Assembly (NCBI GenBank): GCA_965233585.1
Contig: CBDDTI010000745.1
Coordinates: 160,001-224,000 of the forward strand
Length of the DNA: 64,000 nt
DNA from: a bacterium
Lineage (GTDB): Bacteria > SAR324 > NAC60-12
Direction: 5' to 3'
Each line of letters begins with the position of its first letter. Position 1 is the first letter of the stretch. The notes under the pieces are model-generated. The model was not told the origin of the DNA. It worked only from the letters and a program-made list of their open reading frames with translations, and did no database searches. Positions 18,964 to 30,100 of the stretch are shown here, in pieces. The translations under genes and the position numbers were made by a program.

Positions 18964-19161
18964 TCACTCTTTAGTCAGTTTTTTCACAATTCTAACAGCA
19001 TAATGTCCATTCTGATTGACAAGTTCCCCCTTGCCCACATGTCTTTCTCCAATATACAGATCAACTAGGTCTTTCATACCCTGTTTGAGTTCCATGAGCC
19101 GATCAGATTTTTTGAGTCGCCCTGTGCTGTGAATCTGAACTTTTAGGATAGATGATAACAC
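18964..19161 (-). CDS. FliN/FliM C-terminal (SpoA)-like fragment
   Basis: VDLYIGERHVGKGELVNQNGHYAVRI resembles the SpoA C-terminal strands; N-terminal part absent. Confidence 0.45.
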   Translation of the reverse strand: MLSSILKVQIHSTGRLKKSDRLMELKQGMKDLVDLYIGERHVGKGELVNQNGHYAVRIVKKLTKE

Positions 19162-19163
19162 AG

Positions 19164-21659
19164 CTACTTCGTGTTAGTGGTCATAATGAATATCAAGCCT
19201 AAAACTCCCGTTACGATGCCATAGAGAGCTATCGCAATCGTTGTGTCGTTGGTGATGACAAATAACAAACTGCTTAAAAGTGGTCCGATTACATGACCTA
19301 TTCTTTCTAGGAAGATATAGGTTGCCGTAATAGATTTATTACCAAAACGCTCTGCAGACCGTGTTTTATTGATATGGGTTAAGACAGGTGCAGCAAGTAA
19401 GCCGTTTGATGCTCCTGCAAGCAACAAACAGACTAAAACAATGTACGTTGCAAGGTTGCTTAAACCGAACAAAGCCAAAAGTTTATTAAACTCTAAAGCG
19501 AGATTTGCTAAGGGAACAATAAGAAAAGCCATTCCTCCTACATCTTCTGCAGAAGTAAAGCCAACCATACCAAGCACAGCCATACTGACTGCCCCTATCA
19601 TTGCGCTAAGGAATAAAACACTCTTCGTGTTTCCAAGTGCATCAACTGTACGAGAAGCATAGTGGGTGACAACCATTGATGAGATATAATATAACATCAA
19701 TAATTGCCCAATTTCTTCTGTGGTAAAACCATTAATTGAAAGCACCAATGGCACTGCAAACATGACTACGCCCGTGATTGCTGCCTTACCAATCAGGCTT
19801 AGGCACATCAAGGTTTTAACAAATTCTGCATCTTTCAGGCAACTGATAATATTTTGCAGCAACCGTCTAAAACGGACAGTTGTTTTAGACTTCATTTGGG
19901 CTTGATGCACAATAGTATCCACACTTGGCACAAGAACCCAGAGGTACACAATGCTAATCATACTGACAGCAGCACTGACAAGAAAAAGTGTTTGATAATC
20001 CATGTAAGAATACAACAAAGCACCAATGGCTGTTCCTGATATTAAACCTGCATTGCGTCCGATCACTTTGACTGCCGCACCCTGTGTCCTTTTATTTTGA
20101 GGGGTAATAGCGAGAATATAAGATTGCAAGCCAATCAAAAATAGTCCTTGACCAATTCCAGAAAAACATCTTCCTATGGTGAGAAACCAATAATCATCAA
20201 TAAATCCTATGAGTAAAAGCCCAACCAATTCAGAAAAGAACCCCACAGCCATCAACTTCTTCAAGTCACCATTTTCTGCATACTGTCCAGCAGGCACGAG
20301 AACCATCGCAAAAAAGAAATAGAAAATGGTAAAAGGAAGAGATGCCGTTGCGGAAGATGAATTGGTCTCAGAAGCGAGTTCTTTCACAAGTTGGGGTAAA
20401 AATGAAACAGCAAGAGCGTTGACAAAAACGACAAGAAAATAGGCAGGCTTGACTAACCGAAGACCCATTTGAAAACTCTCATCATCTTTAGCGAGGTGAG
20501 GGTCATCGTTCTTTTTTTGTTGAGAAATTTCTCTTTTCTCAACCCATACCATCAATGTTGTTCCAGCATCTAAGAACAAGGCAGAGATCAGACCACACGC
20601 AATCAGCAACACTAAAAACGCCTTCCCACGAGACAGAATTTCTTGAAAAATAACATTTTCTGGCAAAGACACAATCACAGCAAAATTTTCAATAGATTCC
20701 TCGGATCCAACACGACTCACTTGACTAATCACATCGCTTGGTTTGGTATAGACTTTTCCTAATTGTGTTTGATCGGTGTGAAAGAGAATATTATTATCTT
20801 TTAAGATGGCAATGTTACTAATATCAGGGTTATTGCGTTGGTAGTTTTGTAAGGCATTGTTTATCCCCTCAATACTTGAAAAATCAATACCCAAATCTAA
20901 AATCACCGACAGCCGCTCACTCAAAGACCCTGACAAAGCGGCAGCTCTTGCAGTAGCACCATGCTCATAAATTTTAAATATCACAGCCCCGATAGAAGAG
21001 GACATAATCAGGAAACAAATCAAATAAACAATCTCTAAAGAACGTCTTTTGTACTTCCTATTAATCCCCAATGCCTCATAGATGATGACAAAGGCTGCAA
21101 AAAAAGCATTGAGACCCAGAAAGATGTTAAAAATCAAACTAAACGAATCTTCTAAATATGCAAAAACTCTATCCTTTCTTGATTCAACAATCAGGTAACC
21201 TGCAACAACAAATTTATTTTTGAGAGACAGAGTGACCCTGAAACTGGCATTTGATTCCTCAACCAAGATGTTGTCTCTGGAATATTCCATTTCGGAATAT
21301 ACCCTTTGTTTGAGGACTTTTGCTAAATCTTCTTGGGCAATATCACTGGCAACGTTTGTAAAAATAGGCTTGCGTTGTGAGTTGAGTAACCTGAAACTTT
21401 CAAGGGTATTGTCAGAGCGAAGCAAAGTGTTGGTTTGATTAGTGAAGCCGCTGTATTGTTTGAGAGATAGCCCAGACTGAAGATAACGATCCAGGGAGTT
21501 TTTAATAATCTCTCCTTGCGCAATAAGCTTTCCTGATTCAAATTTAGGATACTTTCTTTTGACCTCACCCCAACCAATGTAAACCAACAACAGCAGAGTT
21601 AATGCTAAAACTGCAACCAAAGGAAGGGAGAATAACATCCCCAATACTTTTCTATTCAT
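19164..21659 (-). CDS. MFS transporter fused to an N-terminal region with about 4 TMs and two large extracytoplasmic domains
   Basis: C-terminal ~430 aa is a multi-TM MFS (GRCFSGIGQG, ERIGHVIGP); N-terminal TM-loop-TM-TM-loop-TM pattern. Confidence 0.8.
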   Translation of the reverse strand: MNRKVLGMLFSLPLVAVLALTLLLLVYIGWGEVKRKYPKFESGKLIAQGEIIKNSLDRYLQSGLSLKQYSGFTNQTNTLLRSDNTLESFRLLNSQRKPIFTNVASDIAQEDLAKVLKQRVYSEMEYSRDNILVEESNASFRVTLSLKNKFVVAGYLIVESRKDRVFAYLEDSFSLIFNIFLGLNAFFAAFVIIYEALGINRKYKRRSLEIVYLICFLIMSSSIGAVIFKIYEHGATARAAALSGSLSERLSVILDLGIDFSSIEGINNALQNYQRNNPDISNIAILKDNNILFHTDQTQLGKVYTKPSDVISQVSRVGSEESIENFAVIVSLPENVIFQEILSRGKAFLVLLIACGLISALFLDAGTTLMVWVEKREISQQKKNDDPHLAKDDESFQMGLRLVKPAYFLVVFVNALAVSFLPQLVKELASETNSSSATASLPFTIFYFFFAMVLVPAGQYAENGDLKKLMAVGFFSELVGLLLIGFIDDYWFLTIGRCFSGIGQGLFLIGLQSYILAITPQNKRTQGAAVKVIGRNAGLISGTAIGALLYSYMDYQTLFLVSAAVSMISIVYLWVLVPSVDTIVHQAQMKSKTTVRFRRLLQNIISCLKDAEFVKTLMCLSLIGKAAITGVVMFAVPLVLSINGFTTEEIGQLLMLYYISSMVVTHYASRTVDALGNTKSVLFLSAMIGAVSMAVLGMVGFTSAEDVGGMAFLIVPLANLALEFNKLLALFGLSNLATYIVLVCLLLAGASNGLLAAPVLTHINKTRSAERFGNKSITATYIFLERIGHVIGPLLSSLLFVITNDTTIAIALYGIVTGVLGLIFIMTTNTK

Positions 21660-21682
21660 AAATAATAACTAACTGAACGATT

Positions 21683-22846
21683 TTATCTCACCTCTTGCCC
21701 AAAGTTGCGGACCATTCTGCCACTATAATCATAAATAAAAGCTGCTGATTCAATAATACTGAAAGGGATTTTGAGATTGATCTTTCTTGCCACAGCAAAA
21801 TTGATTGCCAAATCAGGAGGCGTTACAACACCAACTTTTAGTTTTCCCGGCTGCACTTGTTTTTTAAGAATCCTAATAGCATATACACTTGCCAAATGAG
21901 CATTGTTTCGTCGGTCAATGCCTACTGCCAAAACAGCGCTGCCTGTGCCTTCACTCACAATGTTAGGGATGGACCCTAAAACTGGAACAACAGAAGAAAG
22001 CTGGCTAATCATATCTATCTTAGAAAAGACAGCAGTACTACTTGTCACCCAGAAAATACTATTTTGCAGTGAGGGGTCATTCTTTTTCATTGTCTCAATA
22101 GCAACTGGGATTTTTTCGGTCAACGTGTATTCAGCAGGAACGTCATCGCCTACTGCAATATCAAAGACATTCAAACCGAGTTGCTCCAATTTAGTTTTGA
22201 ATGGTCTGACCTCTGTTGCCATCACCGCCCCATGATTCCGATCATACATAATCGCAATGTTTTTGATATTTGGCTTGAGCCTCTTGAGGTAATCCATCTG
22301 CAAACTGATTGGAACGTTCAACGATGTCCAAGCAATATTTGAACGACTGCCTGTGTCATAATCCTTGACAAGCCCCAAAAGAACAGGGTCTTTAGTGATA
22401 GAAACGACAACAGGAAGTTTACCACCCTCATAATAACTTTTGATAAAACGAGCTGACTCTGAACCAGCAGTAAAAATCAAATCATAATTATTATTTTCTG
22501 CAAAAACAACTGATCTTTTTGCATATTCTTCATCTTTTGCAAAATTTTGGACGGTTAAGTGAGCATACACCTCCTCACGTTCCAAAATTTCTAGCAGTTT
22601 GTTCACTGCAGTCGTATAGCTGCCAGATTTTTTTGAGACCAAAACAAAAATACGAGCTTCTAGGGAGGAAGACGTTTTTTCCCACTTTGGTTTGATGACC
22701 AGAGATTCTCCCTCGATGGCACTCTGATAAAAATCTAAATTTTTATCATTCAGCTTCAACCAAGAAATGTAATATTTGGAAGTTTGTGCCAGCCCCACTT
22801 GCTGTAAAAACAGAACCAAAACAGATATTAAGATGTATTTTTTCAT
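21683..22846 (-). CDS. Periplasmic substrate-binding protein (ABC_sub_bind-like)
   Basis: Signal peptide MKKYILISVLVLFLQQVGLA; KDPVLLGLV, LKPNIKNIAIMYD, DLAINFAVARKINLKIP. Confidence 0.8.
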   Translation of the reverse strand: MKKYILISVLVLFLQQVGLAQTSKYYISWLKLNDKNLDFYQSAIEGESLVIKPKWEKTSSSLEARIFVLVSKKSGSYTTAVNKLLEILEREEVYAHLTVQNFAKDEEYAKRSVVFAENNNYDLIFTAGSESARFIKSYYEGGKLPVVVSITKDPVLLGLVKDYDTGSRSNIAWTSLNVPISLQMDYLKRLKPNIKNIAIMYDRNHGAVMATEVRPFKTKLEQLGLNVFDIAVGDDVPAEYTLTEKIPVAIETMKKNDPSLQNSIFWVTSSTAVFSKIDMISQLSSVVPVLGSIPNIVSEGTGSAVLAVGIDRRNNAHLASVYAIRILKKQVQPGKLKVGVVTPPDLAINFAVARKINLKIPFSIIESAAFIYDYSGRMVRNFGQEVR

Positions 22847-22995
22847 CTTGCCTTTAGGAATATAAAAATTAGGTTGTAGCACATAATGTGCCACAGTATA
22901 TTTGCTTAAATATAGAACTATTCAAGATTGAGTTTCAAGTCACATATCAAGAAATCCCAGCTATCATCAAATTTGAATCCCCAAGTGATGATCAA

Positions 22996-23661
22996 TTATG
23001 TTCTCTTGGTAAAAAATGCTCCTCTTCCCAACGACCAGCAGTTATTAATTGTCCAATATAAAACTGCTGCTGCTGGGGCTGTGTAAAGAATTACTAAAAA
23101 AAAGAATGCTAAAGCCAGTAATTTCAGAGTTTCAGAAGCTGTTACTGCCTCAAAAAAATAAAGCGACCCCAAATTAATCAAAGTCATAATGACAGGAAGC
23201 ACGTTAACATCAAGTCCTGCAATGTTTAGAATTTGATCAGGTTTTGATAAATCATTGACCAAAAAGAAAGAAACACCCTGAAAAGGAGTGTAACTAATCA
23301 ACAAGAGATATGCCGCTATGAAAAATGGCACTTGAATAAAAAACCCCAAACTGGACCGCAAAGACTGAATGGGGTGATAACGATGTTCTTTGTAGAGTTG
23401 TGAGATTTGTTTAAAACGTTCTTCACCTCGTGAATTTTTTTTAATCTCTATTATTTTGGGTTGCAACACAGACTGAATCTGGCGTTCTTTCTGGTCTAGT
23501 TTTTCTGCAATTTGATAAAGCGGTATCATCAAGAGATTCACAGCCAGACTCAAGATAATAATTGACAAACCATATTCTCCAACCACTGCAAACGCTTGTT
23601 CCAATATCAGTTGCATCAAAAGTGAGAGTGGGGCAATAAAAATAGATTGTAATAACTCCAT
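22996..23661 (-). CDS. Short YidC/Oxa1-family membrane protein
   Basis: YGLSIIILSLAVNLLMIPL, LQPKI..IK, IQVPFFIAAY, DLSKPD, LYWTINN. Confidence 0.85.
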   Translation of the reverse strand: MELLQSIFIAPLSLLMQLILEQAFAVVGEYGLSIIILSLAVNLLMIPLYQIAEKLDQKERQIQSVLQPKIIEIKKNSRGEERFKQISQLYKEHRYHPIQSLRSSLGFFIQVPFFIAAYLLLISYTPFQGVSFFLVNDLSKPDQILNIAGLDVNVLPVIMTLINLGSLYFFEAVTASETLKLLALAFFFLVILYTAPAAAVLYWTINNCWSLGRGAFFTKRT

Positions 23662-24777
23662 TTACAGACTTTCCAAAATTTCAATGATTTGATTGGCAGC
23701 AATTTCACCGACCTGCCCGACATGGTATAAAGAGCTATTCATTAATTCTGTCATTTGTTCCTGATTCATTTGTGTTGTGGTTTGCTTCACGATATGAGCT
23801 AGTTGTGGCAAATCTTTTTCTGTGATTACCGTCCCCAGCATTTTCCTCACACGCAATTCCCAAAGTTCATTATCTAGTAAATCTATTTCCGTTCCTTCTG
23901 TCTCAATTTCAGATTCAACACAGATGACAGGTTTTTTGCACAAAAAAGCAAAATCAAAAATCATGCCTGACAAATCTGAAATCATGGCGTCCGCTTGGAG
24001 CATGGAAGACATTCCATCATTCTCATAGTCCCATGTGACTAAATCAGAATGGCTGAATCTCTGCTTCAAACTTTGCAAAAGTGCGGGATGAGAAATTTTT
24101 GTCTGTGGGTGTGGTCGGACAATCACTGAATAATTCTGGGCAATCAAGGGGTCAATCAACTTGTGTCCATAACGTTCTAGGCAACTATTTTTACCCCAAG
24201 TCCCTGCAATTAAAACGGTTGGCTGATTTGATTCTTGGACAGAATAAGCCTCCTTTTTTTGAAATAAAAAATCTAAGTGAGGAAACCCAGTCTGATAAAG
24301 TGTCTTGGGAGGTGTTTGGTGCTTTTCTTCCAGAGTTCTAATATCCAATTCTTGGTGCTTTCCTGCACACAAAACACTATCAAAGTGATCAAAAGCATGC
24401 GACCGATACAAACCACAACCTGTTGGTGCATGGAAAAGATAAGTGTAATGCTTGACCCCTGGAGACCTCTTGATGTTAAGAATGTTTAGATTTGGTGTGG
24501 TCATCACGACAAGCTTTGCAGCAAGCAAGTTCATCCACAAAGCAGACCCTGTATTTCCTCCGATAAAAAACGCATTCACCCCAGACAGTCCCATCTTAAA
24601 GACAGGATCACTCTGGCTCATGGTCAGAACACAACTTTGCTGACCTTTTTGTGTCAGAGCCTTCAGCACGGGTTCAAGTGTTGAAAAATATTGACCACCT
24701 TCAGAAAAAAAAACTAAATGACGACTTTCTTTGGGAAGGTTCAGAAAACGGATTGCCTCTTTGAGATAAAATCTCAT
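23662..24777 (-). CDS. CDP-glycerol glycerophosphotransferase family protein
   Basis: LIAGTWG, VRPHPQ, ADAMISDLSGMIFDFAFL.KKPVI. Confidence 0.8.
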   Translation of the reverse strand: MRFYLKEAIRFLNLPKESRHLVFFSEGGQYFSTLEPVLKALTQKGQQSCVLTMSQSDPVFKMGLSGVNAFFIGGNTGSALWMNLLAAKLVVMTTPNLNILNIKRSPGVKHYTYLFHAPTGCGLYRSHAFDHFDSVLCAGKHQELDIRTLEEKHQTPPKTLYQTGFPHLDFLFQKKEAYSVQESNQPTVLIAGTWGKNSCLERYGHKLIDPLIAQNYSVIVRPHPQTKISHPALLQSLKQRFSHSDLVTWDYENDGMSSMLQADAMISDLSGMIFDFAFLCKKPVICVESEIETEGTEIDLLDNELWELRVRKMLGTVITEKDLPQLAHIVKQTTTQMNQEQMTELMNSSLYHVGQVGEIAANQIIEILESL

Positions 24778-24992
24778 TTTTTTGGATCAGACTCTTCTTG
24801 TGTATCTGGAACTGACGGCTTAAAGATCATATTTTTGAGCTTATAAAACCAGCCCCGCAAGGTATAGAGTAACGTGGCAATCACCCCGACAACAGCAGAA
24901 ACAAGCATGCTCCCTGTTCCAGGATCAAGGTAAGCAAAAGCATGTTGTGCAAACAAAAGAGCAACAGAGGTTGCAAATAAGAGCTTTGACAT
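24774..24992 (-). CDS. Small membrane protein with signal peptide and YLDPGTGS motif
   Basis: AFA-YLDPGTGSMLVSAVVGVIATLLY; ATGA overlap with the next gene. Confidence 0.75.
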   Translation of the reverse strand: MSKLLFATSVALLFAQHAFAYLDPGTGSMLVSAVVGVIATLLYTLRGWFYKLKNMIFKPSVPDTQEESDPKK

Positions 24993-25081
24993 AGAAACTA
25001 CCCATCAAAAAGTTCAAACCTTCAAATATAACCCACTTTGTGTTAGACTGCAACAATTAAACTTGATATTTAAGGAAGAAT

Positions 25082-25531
25082 ATGAAACGTACTCTGGTAG
25101 ATATGTCTGCAACCATTTTGCATCATGGTCATATAAGACTTTTGCAAAAAGCAAAAGAAATTGGTCACGTGACTGTAGGTCTTTGCACTGACGATGAAAT
25201 TCTGAAAACCAAAGGTTACATGCCTGAATTAGCTTTTGAATACCGCAAGGAAATCTTGGAAAGCATTCGCTATGTTGACAAGGTGATCCCTGCTCCATGG
25301 CTGATTGACAACGCATTTTTGGATAGACATCATATTGACCTGCTCATACACGGACATGACAATTCCAACACTGTTGACCCAGAACGAATCGTCACCTTCC
25401 CACGCACTGAAGGTACAAGCAGTTCTGACATTCGGGAGTATGCCGCACACGCCTACTTGTCAAGCCTACTCACCAAAGAAACCTTACCCGAAAAACTAAA
25501 ACAACTTTGCCTACAACTATCATCTAAATGA
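25082..25531 (+). CDS. Cytidylyltransferase (TagD-like)
   Basis: ILHHGH (HxGH), RKEILESIRYVD, HGHD, RTEGTSSS. Confidence 0.88.
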   Translation: MKRTLVDMSATILHHGHIRLLQKAKEIGHVTVGLCTDDEILKTKGYMPELAFEYRKEILESIRYVDKVIPAPWLIDNAFLDRHHIDLLIHGHDNSNTVDPERIVTFPRTEGTSSSDIREYAAHAYLSSLLTKETLPEKLKQLCLQLSSK

Positions 25532-25534
25532 ACT

Positions 25535-27163
25535 ATGGATTCTAATCAATTAGCTCTTCATGTTGACTCTGTCGGAGTGCAATTCCAAACAGAGTATGGT
25601 CCTGTTGATGCCGTCAACAACGTCTCATTTCAGCTCAAAAAACGCTCAACCCTTGCACTCGTTGGAGAATCAGGTTCAGGTAAGTCTGTTGTTAGTCTGT
25701 CTATTTTGAAACTTCTACCGTACCCAACAGCAGTGCATAAATCGGGGTCTATTTGGTTTGATGGTCAAGATTTGCTTCAACTTTCCCAGTCAAAAATTAG
25801 GCATATTAGAGGCAAGCGGATTACTATGATTTTTCAAGAGCCAATGACTTCTCTCAATCCTCTTCATACGGTTGAACAACAGATTTCAGAGAGTCTTTTT
25901 TTGCATACGAAAGGTATGAAAAAGTCTCTTGCGACTGAACGGACTCTTGAATTGCTGAACCTTGTTGGCATTGATCGCCCATCAAAGCGACTCAAATCCT
26001 ATCCCCACGAGCTATCAGGAGGACAAAGGCAACGTGTGATGATTGCGATGGCTCTTGCAAACACTCCTGATATTTTAATTGCTGATGAGCCAACCACTGC
26101 CCTTGATGTCACAACGCAGCTCCAAATTCTTGATCTTTTGCAAGACCTTCAAGATCGCTTGGGTATGGCAATTTTGTTCATTACCCATGACCTCAATATT
26201 GTCAAAAAAATCGCTCAAGATGTTTGCATTATGAAAGGTGGAGAAATTGTAGAAGCAGGAGAGACAAGGGAGATTTTTACCTCACCTCAACACGAATATA
26301 CGAAAACCCTGATCAATGCCACACCTCAAGGATTCAAAGCACCCCCTGTGAAAGATGCTCCTACCATTCTCAAAGTCAATCACCTCAAGGTGCAGTTTAC
26401 TTTACATAAAAATTGGTATGGAAAAGCGATTGATGTTTTAGATGCCGTCAATGATGTTTCACTTGAACTCAAAGAAGGTCAAACCATTGGAATTGTTGGT
26501 GAATCTGGTTCTGGAAAGTCCACATTAGGCAAAGCCATTTTACACCTTGCCCACTTTCAGAATGGAACAATTCACTTTGAAGGCACTGACATTGCAAGAT
26601 GCACTACAAGAAGTTTGAGGAAGTTGCGCAAAGACATGCAAATTGTCTTTCAAGACCCTTTTGGTAGCTTGTCTCCAAGAATGACGGTGGGCGAAATTAT
26701 TGCAGAAGGATTGCTCACGCATGAAAAACACCTAACCAATCAGCAAAGGCATGAACGCGTTGAGAAAGTGATGAGGGAGGTCTCGCTTGAACCCGATATG
26801 TTTGTACGTTACCCGCATGAGTTTTCAGGTGGTCAAAGACAGCGCATTGCTATTGCTAGATCGTTGATTCTCAACCCTAAGTTTATTTTATTAGACGAGC
26901 CAACTTCTGCACTAGATCGTTTTGTGCAAGTCCAAATTGTCAATCTGTTAAGGGACTTGCAAAAAGAATTGAAACTTGCCTACCTTTTTATCAGCCATGA
27001 TCTGTCTGTCGTACGAGCCATGTCTGATTATGTTCTAGTAATGAAAAATGGAAAGATTTTAGAACAGGGGTCAGCAGAACAAATCTTCAATGAACCTCAA
27101 GCAGAATATACTCGCACACTAATTACTGCTGCCTCACCTGTCGCTATGGATTATGCAAATTGA
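25535..27163 (+). CDS. Dual-domain peptide ABC transporter ATP-binding protein (YejF-like)
   Basis: Two GESGSGKS Walker [13 protein letters not shown] and [12 protein letters not shown]. Confidence 0.93.
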   Translation: MDSNQLALHVDSVGVQFQTEYGPVDAVNNVSFQLKKRSTLALVGESGSGKSVVSLSILKLLPYPTAVHKSGSIWFDGQDLLQLSQSKIRHIRGKRITMIFQEPMTSLNPLHTVEQQISESLFLHTKGMKKSLATERTLELLNLVGIDRPSKRLKSYPHELSGGQRQRVMIAMALANTPDILIADEPTTALDVTTQLQILDLLQDLQDRLGMAILFITHDLNIVKKIAQDVCIMKGGEIVEAGETREIFTSPQHEYTKTLINATPQGFKAPPVKDAPTILKVNHLKVQFTLHKNWYGKAIDVLDAVNDVSLELKEGQTIGIVGESGSGKSTLGKAILHLAHFQNGTIHFEGTDIARCTTRSLRKLRKDMQIVFQDPFGSLSPRMTVGEIIAEGLLTHEKHLTNQQRHERVEKVMREVSLEPDMFVRYPHEFSGGQRQRIAIARSLILNPKFILLDEPTSALDRFVQVQIVNLLRDLQKELKLAYLFISHDLSVVRAMSDYVLVMKNGKILEQGSAEQIFNEPQAEYTRTLITAASPVAMDYAN

Positions 27164-30100
27164 ACAACAAATAGAAAGATTGACTTCTCTTTACCAGATC
27201 ATTCCTTTCAATCGTTCAATTCAATCTCAAAATGAGATGTTAAGCTCTTTGGTTCAAGAGCTTCAAACCCACTTCATCTCTGAACAAATTCGCCAAACCT
27301 ACCCCGAGCAATCTATCAATACTGGGTTATCTCAAGCTCATCTCTTTCTCACAAAGAGAACTGAGGTCAACCATGAGCGGTTAAACTATATTGGACTCTC
27401 TTCAGTACCAGAACTCAAACTTGCTCTCTTTGAGACCTTGATTCTGTTCAACACTCCCAAAGGGTCGGAAGTTAAACTTGATCCAGTCAATAAAGACGCC
27501 AGTCAAAAAAAATGGAGGTTGTTCTATGAAAACGCACCATCAGGGATTGCTTGCATTTTACAACAACTTCCCCATGAGATTTTGCGGTCTGTTCATTCCA
27601 CGACCATTTACGAATATGTCCGCCAGTACTACCCTGACCTTCAAAATCCCCTCAAGCAACACGATAACCCTCATATCTGCTCTATTCTCTGTTCTGGAGA
27701 AATAGGAACAGCCGCTTACCACCCAGAGCAACCGATTGACTTCCACCTGATTTGTGATGCCCCCAAAACTTCACTCAAATGGAATGATGCGGATTTTTTC
27801 ATTGCAGCTATTCAAAAAATTTTCTCGGTTACGTACCAAATTTACCAAGAAAAGCTGGATCAAACAAAACTGTCAGAATCTGTGAAAAAACAAATTGACG
27901 AGCAGTATGCTGAATTATTGAGCAAAGATGAATTGCAACAGTTTCAAATCATGTTTCCAGATTCCTATTCGTACATCTATCAACTTGAAACGGAAAAATA
28001 TTTTGAGCAGGAGCAAACCTCTGTTCAAGCTAAAATCCTTTGGTCTGGCATCATTGAAGTTTTGTCTCAAACTCCATACTTTGAAAAATTTTTCTCACAG
28101 TTCAGACGTTTTTTCTCATTTATGAAAGTTCCTGCTGATCTGATGCAAGCCTACTGGTTTCCAGCATCACTAGACAAAGCATGGCAAGAACAAATCAGAA
28201 AGAAACTTCTTGAATTTTATACAAAAACGTATCTAAAGCCTCATCAACTTCAATCTATTTTCCGACACTATAAACTCTCAAAATCTAAAGATCAGGGGAA
28301 AGACCAAGACCTCACCTTGCTTAAACACTTACAATCTACTCCCCAATGTGCATCCATTGTTAAAAAATTTTTGCAAAATATTGTTCACTCTATCAGTTTT
28401 CACCAAATAGACACTTTTCATCAAGCGTTCCAACTTCTTCAGCAACTTTTTGACAAAAAAAGAGAAATTCTTGATAGTGATTTAAGCGATGAGTTAACAG
28501 AAATCATTCAAACCAATTTTTTTAAGCAACAGTTTAAAATTGCTCAAAATTATTTGGACGAGGAACGTTACAAGCATCAGGCAAAACATGAAGTAGAATT
28601 TTATTTAAAATTGCAAGATGCCACAGAATACATCAATACCAAATTTCAAAAAGTGTCTGTCCGCTTTCACGGTCATTTTCTGCGCAACCTTCAAGAAGAC
28701 AAGTTGCAATCCATTCTCACTATCACTCATGCACCAACAGGGGGCAAGCCCTTAAAAGACATTTTATATTCTTCTTTAACAGTTGCAGGACACCCTCTTT
28801 GCCCCTACCAGATCCCACACCTACTTCATACCTTTGGAAAAATTGGAGTGTTGGAGGCAAATTTGTTTCAAACGACTTATTCAGGCTTTAGCAAGGATGT
28901 AGAGGTGAGTTATTTACAGCTTCCTCACTTGGGGGGATTGGAGAAAATCAACCAATTTGGTGCGGCATACATTCTTCCTTTTTTACTTTACGAAACCATT
29001 AAGCTGGAGCAATGGGAGCTTCCTGAAGCCTTGCTCAATGCCTGGTGGCTAGAACTTGCATACTGCCAAGAACAACAACTCACTATTACAGAACTCATAG
29101 ACCAGCCAGAAAAACGTAAAAGCTTGCAACTTGCAAAACAAGGTGCAGAACATTGTCAAGCCATAGTCTCAATAGAGCAAAAATTTCCTAGACTAGCATC
29201 TCATTTCCGATGGGTGCAATTTGCAGAAATCTTTACAAACTCTGGGAAAGAAAATAGAAGTTATGCTGCATGGTGTTATGGAATGTACGTCTCTTTTGAA
29301 CGTATCATTGACGAGACAACACAAGTCAGGCAACTGTGGTCGGGTCAGAACCAGCCTTGGCAGATGCAATTTATTTTCAAATTTGCAGAGCTTTTTCTCA
29401 CAGATTTCACCGATGATTTTTTCATTGCAAATATCAACGGACAATTACAGCAACAAATCCGTCAGGCAAGAAAAATGAGAATTTTGTTCTTAGAAACCTT
29501 GCAACGTACTGAAAAGAAAATTCTTGAATACGATGCCCACCGTTGTTTGTCTAAATTGATGGGACTCCTTCTTAAAAAAAATGATTATGAATTTGCCAAC
29601 CATGCAGAAAAAATCTCAACTTTAACGCAAGAAAAATTAAGTGAGGTTTATTCACGTATCATCTTGACCGAACACAACAACAATCTCCAAGACCAAACGG
29701 CATTGACAGAATATGAATCTGCATCGGAAAGTCATACCGACTTTGAGACGCTAGCTCATCAAACTGCAGAACATTTGTCACAGCAATATCTTAATTTTAA
29801 CATCTTCGTACCAGAAGAAGACCTCAAAGCAGTTCTCTTGTCAAATTGTAGCCACGTGCAATGGAATCAAAATGAATGTGCCATGTTAAGACTAAGGTTA
29901 GCCATGATTTTCCAAAGTCAATCCCACCAGTTGCATTTACCGATTGCATACATGGTCGGAAAACCTAGACGATTTATCACAATTCATTTTGAACCCAATT
30001 CACAACGTTGGTCGTTTGAATCTACCACATTTCAGGTCAATCAGGGCTATCGTAAGTTTAACGAAACCAGTGATCCAGAAAATAAATTTGAAATCTTTGT

